Shown here piece after piece: positions 59,239 through 64,000 of a stretch of DNA of 64,000 nt. Each line of letters opens with the position of its first letter. The first letter of the stretch is position 1. The DNA is from Flavobacteriales bacterium (GTDB lineage: Bacteria; Bacteroidota; Bacteroidia; Flavobacteriales_D; Sanyastnellaceae): NCBI GenBank assembly GCA_018402085.1, contig JAGYJM010000001.1, positions 28,562 to 92,561 of the forward strand, in the 5' to 3' direction. A program made the position numbers and the translations under genes. The notes beneath the pieces are model-generated. The model was not told where the DNA came from and made no database searches. It saw only the letters and a list, made by a program, of their open reading frames with translations.

Positions 59239-60879
59239 ATGAGCAATGAACAACGTCAGGAGAGCGCACATCGTCTGGCAGGTATTGACCCTGCATTGTG
59301 GCTGCTGACCGCAGTACTCGCATTGATGGCGTGGTATGGTATCTTCGGTATGATCGATGATCGTCCGCATCCTATCCACCTCTGGCGCAATGCAGATTGC
59401 CTTTCACTTACCTTGAACTATCACGACAACGGCATGAATTTTTTCATGCCCGAACTTCACAATTACATCAGCGATAACGGCCAAAGCGGCATGACGGCGG
59501 GTGAATTTCCGGGGTGGTACTACTTCATCGCAGCATTGTGGAAGATCTTTGGGGTAAGTGAAGCATTGTACCGGGGGGTGGTTGGAGGCCTTTTTATTTT
59601 CAGTCTGCTTGTTACACAGCGTGCATTGACCAGACTCACCGGGGCTTTATGGGCCACCTTGCTCAGCTTGTGGATGTTCGTCCACCCAGCACTCATTTAC
59701 TACGGCTTTGCTTTCCTCACCAATGTGCCCGCATTAAGCTTTGCCCTGCTCGGGGGCAGTGCCTTTTTGCACTATGCCATTGATGGAAGGCGCAAGTACC
59801 TCTACATCGCTTTGGTGTTTTTCGCTATTGGCGGATTGCTCAAAGTGACGGCGCTGATGCTCTTCTGTGTGATCGGGGTGCTGCTTTTGCTGGAGACGTC
59901 AGGCCTGCAGTTGCGCAGAGAAAGACCTGTATTCGAACATAAGTTGCAGACTTTAATTTTCATGGCTGCGGCATTGGTGCCCATTCTCATTTGGTATCTC
60001 TGGGCCGAAGACTACAACACACTTCATGGCGGCAAGTACACCTTCAACCATATCTGGCCCTACTGGGAGGCGGATGCATCGGTTCGCGAGCGAGTAATCA
60101 GTGAGGTGATGAATTTCACCGGCAGACAGATTATGGCGCCGTTCAACTGGGTGCTGTTTGGAGTTGCGTTTCTTTTCCTTTTTATCAGCAGTGCTCGCCT
60201 GCCCCGATTGTTGTGGCTTGTTCCGCTGATCCTGAATATGGGGGCAGTGTTGTATTCTATTTTGTGGTTTCAGGCCTGGGCAGACCATGACTACTATTTT
60301 ATCAACCTTTATGTGGTTCCTTTTGTGACGCTGGTATCGGCTGTTGTTGCGATGCAATTGGTTCTTGCGCAAACCATTAAACGGCAGGTGCTTACAGCGA
60401 CGATGGCGGTGATCCTTCTTTTGTCTGCCTGGTATACGGCTGAACACCTCGAACTTCGTTATGAGCCGGATTATGACCGCGATTATTTCATGGTCGCCAA
60501 AGGAGAAGAAGGTCACTTGAAGTATTTATTTTGGGATCACAGCCGGCATGAAGGGGGGCTCAATGATATTGAACCGAAACTGCTTGAGTGGGGCGTGACT
60601 GAAGACGACCGGGTCATTTCGGTTCCCGATGCCAGCTATTCCATTACCCTTTACCTTATGGATCGCCCCGGTTTCACCAATATGGCGCACATCTATAGCA
60701 GCGAAAAGATCAACCGGTCAGAAGGCAGCCTTCGCGAGCATATAGCCAAGGGAGCAACCTTTCTCGTGGTGAATGAACCCGGTTATGAAGATCGTTTCCC
60801 GTGGATCCTCCCTTTCATGACGGATATGGTCGGCCGCCACCGCAGTATTCGGGTGTTCCGCTTGCATGCAGATATGTAA
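59239..60879 (+). CDS. Polytopic membrane protein, ArnT/PMT-like GT-C glycosyltransferase candidate
   Basis: 546 aa. HLWRNADCLSLTLNYHDNGMNFFMPEL resembles the WRQ.D...IA.N....G.N...P first-loop region of Bacteroidota family-39-like proteins. Many TM helices, then a soluble C-terminus. Confidence 0.6.
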   Translation: MSNEQRQESAHRLAGIDPALWLLTAVLALMAWYGIFGMIDDRPHPIHLWRNADCLSLTLNYHDNGMNFFMPELHNYISDNGQSGMTAGEFPGWYYFIAALWKIFGVSEALYRGVVGGLFIFSLLVTQRALTRLTGALWATLLSLWMFVHPALIYYGFAFLTNVPALSFALLGGSAFLHYAIDGRRKYLYIALVFFAIGGLLKVTALMLFCVIGVLLLLETSGLQLRRERPVFEHKLQTLIFMAAALVPILIWYLWAEDYNTLHGGKYTFNHIWPYWEADASVRERVISEVMNFTGRQIMAPFNWVLFGVAFLFLFISSARLPRLLWLVPLILNMGAVLYSILWFQAWADHDYYFINLYVVPFVTLVSAVVAMQLVLAQTIKRQVLTATMAVILLLSAWYTAEHLELRYEPDYDRDYFMVAKGEEGHLKYLFWDHSRHEGGLNDIEPKLLEWGVTEDDRVISVPDASYSITLYLMDRPGFTNMAHIYSSEKINRSEGSLREHIAKGATFLVVNEPGYEDRFPWILPFMTDMVGRHRSIRVFRLHADM

Positions 60880-62973
60880 TTAGGGGCAGGTGACTTCTCT
60901 CAGCATGAAATGCTCAACGCTCACATCGTAAGGTGCTTGCTCGGCAATCACCACGCACTCAATCAGGTCAGGGATAGAGTCGAGTCGGAAGGTAAGCGAC
61001 GGGCGCGCCCATGAACCGTCGTCAGCTTGTTCAGAAGCTGCCTCCGGGTAGGTGTGATCGAGCCACGTTACCTTGTCACCATCACGTCGTTGCACAATAA
61101 GGCGCGGCTTCAGGCGGCCTCGTCCCTTCAAACAAGCGTTTTTAAGGGCTTCAAATCTGATCGTGATTTCCATTTCTTTCATGAGCCAATCATCCGGAAC
61201 GGAAGACGACCAAATGGTGTGGTATTTGCGGGCATCGAAATGGTACGGTTCAGGCGATATACTCATGAGAAGGGTGTCAGTGCAGGCATCCGGCGCTTTT
61301 GTGCCGAATAAAAAAGCAGCCGGTAAAAGCCTGACCCCCAAATCGCCATCCAACACCGGAGTAGCGAGGTTCCACCAGTAAGCTTCATCGCGTCTGAGCT
61401 GATCATGGGTTTTCAGAAGCGCAATGGTATCAGTATGTTGAAAATGCGCCTTCAGATTGCGTTCATGGCGCGGCAAGGCGATCAATCGCAACAGATCGCG
61501 GGTTTCAGGCAGTGAGGTGCGGGTCAGCAAAGCCGCTGAAGTTGGAACCCCTGAGTGATATGCCGTTGAGAAGGTCAGCCATTCAGCCTCGGGAAGTGAA
61601 GCACGACCGTAGAATTCAGATCCAACATGGAAATAGGGCAGAGGAATGATCAGGTCAGCCCCGCTCTCCTTAATAGCTCTGACGGCCTCTGCAACCTCGT
61701 AGGGAGGCACATGTGAAATGGGGTGGGAATGACCTTTTCGCGCCTGTGCCAGATCAGCGTGATAGTGATAAGCCTCAAAACTCCAGAGGCTTAAAATCAG
61801 TAGGATTAAACCAAATGAAAGCAAGCTTGGAAGACTGCGGCGAAATACATCAAGAAGGAGCACGGCGAGAAGGGTGAGCACAAAATAAAGTGGCCAGGCC
61901 AAACGGCCGATGCCTCGAAATTGCTGTAGGTAAGGTACCCGTTCAAGGGTCGTTTCACCGAGCCAAACGAAAGGCTGCCCGCAAGCAATGGCAAAGAGAA
62001 TAAGTGCAGCGAACAGCGGCGCGGCCAAAGGTCTGGTTCTGAAAGCTGTACTCAGGTGCCGGCTAAAGAAAGGAGACAGGAGCCCGGCCATTAGCAGAAT
62101 AAGCGCAGAAAGCCCGATATAGGCCCGGCCTTCCCAGTGTGCGGAGGTATTGAACAGGTGAGAAAGCGAATGAAATGGTCCTGATTGTGGCAGCAGCACA
62201 GCGCTCAGGGTTGAACGCATTTCAAAGAAGCCTCCGGGGTCATTAATTCGGCACGGATGATGATCTGTAAGGTTCAAGATGGCAATGAAAAGCAGGAGGG
62301 GGATCAACGCGGAGAGTGTGCCCTGCATGCTTCTGCTTCTTTTTTCCGGCAGAAATGCCGGGATGATAAGATAACAGGTGGTAAACGCTGTTGTGATCAA
62401 TCCGAGGTAGGCATGGGTGCCTAAGGCAACGGTATTCAGCAAAAACAACAAGAACCAGTGCCATAACCTGCCGCTTTGTACATACCTCGTCAGCCACCAC
62501 CAGAGCAGAGGTATAAAGAGCGTGTAGTTCAAAGAATAGTGCCCCTCTGCACGCATAATCTGCGGCGCCAGAAGCGTGATAAGAATGGCTCCGGCAAAAC
62601 TGATGCCGCTGCGTGCTCCATAAAGCCGTAACAAACGAAAGAGTACCGGGGGCGTGAGTATCCAACTTAGGGTGATCAGCCAGCCGATGAGCGGGCCTGA
62701 CCAGCCTTGCCAGCCCATCGTACGAACGATCGGTCGCCAGAGCATGCTCAGTAAGGGGTGGCCATCTGTATAAAAAAAGTGTTCGCCGAACGGAGCCGCC
62801 ATTCCGTCCATATTGAACCATTCTTCGCTGTGTTCGCTATGCCATGCAAAGGTGAACAGGTTTTTAACCCCGTCAGCCGAGACATCGAGCTCTGATGCTG
62901 ACCACAGCACATCGCCATGAATCAGCCACAGCAGCAACAGCGTGGTTACGGCGAGAAGAAGACTGCGCAGCAT
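60880..62973 (-). CDS. Large polytopic membrane protein of unknown function (possibly GT-C-like)
   Basis: 697 aa with about 12 hydrophobic helices followed by a soluble domain of about 280 aa. Its stop codon abuts the stop of the convergent gene (TAATTA at 60877..60882). Confidence 0.6.
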   Translation of the reverse strand: MLRSLLLAVTTLLLLWLIHGDVLWSASELDVSADGVKNLFTFAWHSEHSEEWFNMDGMAAPFGEHFFYTDGHPLLSMLWRPIVRTMGWQGWSGPLIGWLITLSWILTPPVLFRLLRLYGARSGISFAGAILITLLAPQIMRAEGHYSLNYTLFIPLLWWWLTRYVQSGRLWHWFLLFLLNTVALGTHAYLGLITTAFTTCYLIIPAFLPEKRSRSMQGTLSALIPLLLFIAILNLTDHHPCRINDPGGFFEMRSTLSAVLLPQSGPFHSLSHLFNTSAHWEGRAYIGLSALILLMAGLLSPFFSRHLSTAFRTRPLAAPLFAALILFAIACGQPFVWLGETTLERVPYLQQFRGIGRLAWPLYFVLTLLAVLLLDVFRRSLPSLLSFGLILLILSLWSFEAYHYHADLAQARKGHSHPISHVPPYEVAEAVRAIKESGADLIIPLPYFHVGSEFYGRASLPEAEWLTFSTAYHSGVPTSAALLTRTSLPETRDLLRLIALPRHERNLKAHFQHTDTIALLKTHDQLRRDEAYWWNLATPVLDGDLGVRLLPAAFLFGTKAPDACTDTLLMSISPEPYHFDARKYHTIWSSSVPDDWLMKEMEITIRFEALKNACLKGRGRLKPRLIVQRRDGDKVTWLDHTYPEAASEQADDGSWARPSLTFRLDSIPDLIECVVIAEQAPYDVSVEHFMLREVTCP

Positions 62974-62997
62974 CGCCGGAAAGTTAACGAATCCGTT

Positions 62998-64000
62998 TTA
63001 TCGTCTGATGATGCGACGGCTTACGCGCGTTTCTCCTGCAACAAGTTGCAGAATGTAGGTTCCGGATACCAGGTCAGCGAATCGAAGTTCGAGGTATTGC
63101 AAGCCACGATTGAACACGCCCAGTTGTTCTTGATGGATGACCCTGCCGTTGAGGTCGAAGAGAGTGACTTCAACTTCTGATGCCCGGTTCAAACCGAACT
63201 GCACCTGAACGGCTTCGGTGAACGGATTGGGCCACACGGAGGTGACCATGAGGTCGCGGGGTACTTCATGTACCGCTACTGAATTGCTAATCGGACATGC
63301 CGGCGCGAGGGGCTTGTCAAAAGTGAAATCGGCCAGTGGCCCGGCACTTTCGGTGAAGAAAGGTGTGCCATTTGCGGATTCATAGCTCGCTCCAACGGAG
63401 AAGCCTCCGCCCTGGGCATTGAGCTCGTTGACAAAAATCCAGTCGCCCTGCACTTTGTCTGGTGTGAACTCGATTACGCAGAATCCGTGCTCTTCGAGGT
63501 TGACCCACTGCACATGTGGGTTGGTTTGCGTAACCAGTCCTGCCGGAATACCGTCAATTCCCGGTGACGTAACACTGCTTACCACAAATTCAACTCCTGC
63601 AGAGCCGGTCTGAGCGCTATGGTCATAATTTGCCAGTGGGATTTCGTTGGCCCAGGCTGTGTGAATATCACCTGTGAGTACGACTGCTTGCCCAGGTGCC
63701 TCTGTTTGAAGGAGGTCATAGAGCCAGTTTCGATCGGCGAGATAACCATCCCATTGATCCGGGTTAAGCGGATTACCCAGGATTTCTAACGGGGCCACCA
63801 TTACTTGTTGCCCCAGCACGTTCCATGTAGCATCAGAACCCGAAATTTCTTCGTCGAGCCACGTTTTTTGGTCCTCCCCGAGGAGGGTTCGGTCGGGTGA
63901 TGAGATTTCGGGGGAGGTGGCGCCAACTTGCTCATCACGCCCATGAATTCGTGTGTCAAGCATGGCAAGCTTCACCAATCCACCGAGGTCAAATGAACGA
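62998..64000 (-). CDS. PhoD-like alkaline phosphatase with a T9SS type A C-terminal sorting domain. Partial: the 5' end lies beyond the right edge.
   Basis: The frame stays open to the window end (RSFDLGGLVKLAMLDTRIHGRDEQ). Metallophosphatase VVLTGDIHTAWANE. CTD: VWPNPFTEAVQVQFGLNRASEVEVTLFDLNGRVIHQEQL...LVSGTYILQLVAGETRVSRRIIRR. Confidence 0.85.
   Translation of the reverse strand, partial: RSFDLGGLVKLAMLDTRIHGRDEQVGATSPEISSPDRTLLGEDQKTWLDEEISGSDATWNVLGQQVMVAPLEILGNPLNPDQWDGYLADRNWLYDLLQTEAPGQAVVLTGDIHTAWANEIPLANYDHSAQTGSAGVEFVVSSVTSPGIDGIPAGLVTQTNPHVQWVNLEEHGFCVIEFTPDKVQGDWIFVNELNAQGGGFSVGASYESANGTPFFTESAGPLADFTFDKPLAPACPISNSVAVHEVPRDLMVTSVWPNPFTEAVQVQFGLNRASEVEVTLFDLNGRVIHQEQLGVFNRGLQYLELRFADLVSGTYILQLVAGETRVSRRIIRR
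63001..63246 (-). other. T9SS type A (Por secretion system) C-terminal sorting domain of the PhoD-like protein
   Basis: The pattern PNPF......F.L......V.L.D..GR.V.........G......L..L..G.Y......G is present. Confidence 0.8.

Noticed and set aside
62243-62821. 192-aa same-strand alternate-frame ORF inside the 697-aa membrane protein gene. Similar cases are 59953..60516 (-), 55361..55909 (+), 49523..50017 (-) and 25289..25846 (-).
   Set aside because: All are nested within longer ORFs that have coherent TM-helix or enzyme motifs. Their composition (Arg/His/Cys-rich) is typical of off-frame translation.

Overview
This looks like a chromosomal segment from a Bacteroidota genome, probably Flavobacteriia-like. 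The evidence is T9SS type A and type B C-terminal sorting domains, a PorP/SprF gene, a three-gene b558-type sdhCAB operon, and a TAnnTTTG -7 box. About 30% of the window (2122..20802, minus strand) is one 6,226-codon gene for a giant cell-surface adhesin. It contains 42 near-identical 234-bp HYR-type units and ends in a gliding-motility (type B) CTD. It is followed directly by a PorP/SprF gene and a TPR/PD40/OmpA gene. The latter runs off the left edge and is missing from the ORF track because it has no in-window stop. A paralogous OmpA gene lies upstream of the adhesin.

The rest is mostly housekeeping: fumC, prfB, recX, kdsB, dprA, rseP, sdhCAB, trpS and a mannose-1-phosphate guanylyltransferase. 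Accessory content includes a cytoplasmic phosphorelay cluster, an Hpt protein, a TonB-dependent receptor, a RavA/ViaA pair, three large polytopic membrane proteins, and a T9SS-secreted PhoD-like phosphatase (partial at the right edge).

The signals the ORF track does not explain are:
1. A RAYT (IS200-like Y1 transposase) gene flanked by GTAG-type REP hairpins, including a head-to-tail array of 10 units with a 45-bp period.
2. A dispersed element of about 190 bp with a 74-bp identical core, present in two long non-coding regions.
3. A second family of GC-rich hairpins with covarying stems, an AAAA/GAAA loop and a GATG tail (5 copies, one inverted doublet).

I found no rRNA, tRNA, CRISPR array or recognisable defence system. 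I cannot name one clearly novel multi-gene system. The best candidates are the adhesin/PorP/OmpA module with its unusual upstream region, and the two repeat systems. Domain boundaries and several start codons are approximate and were assigned by eye.
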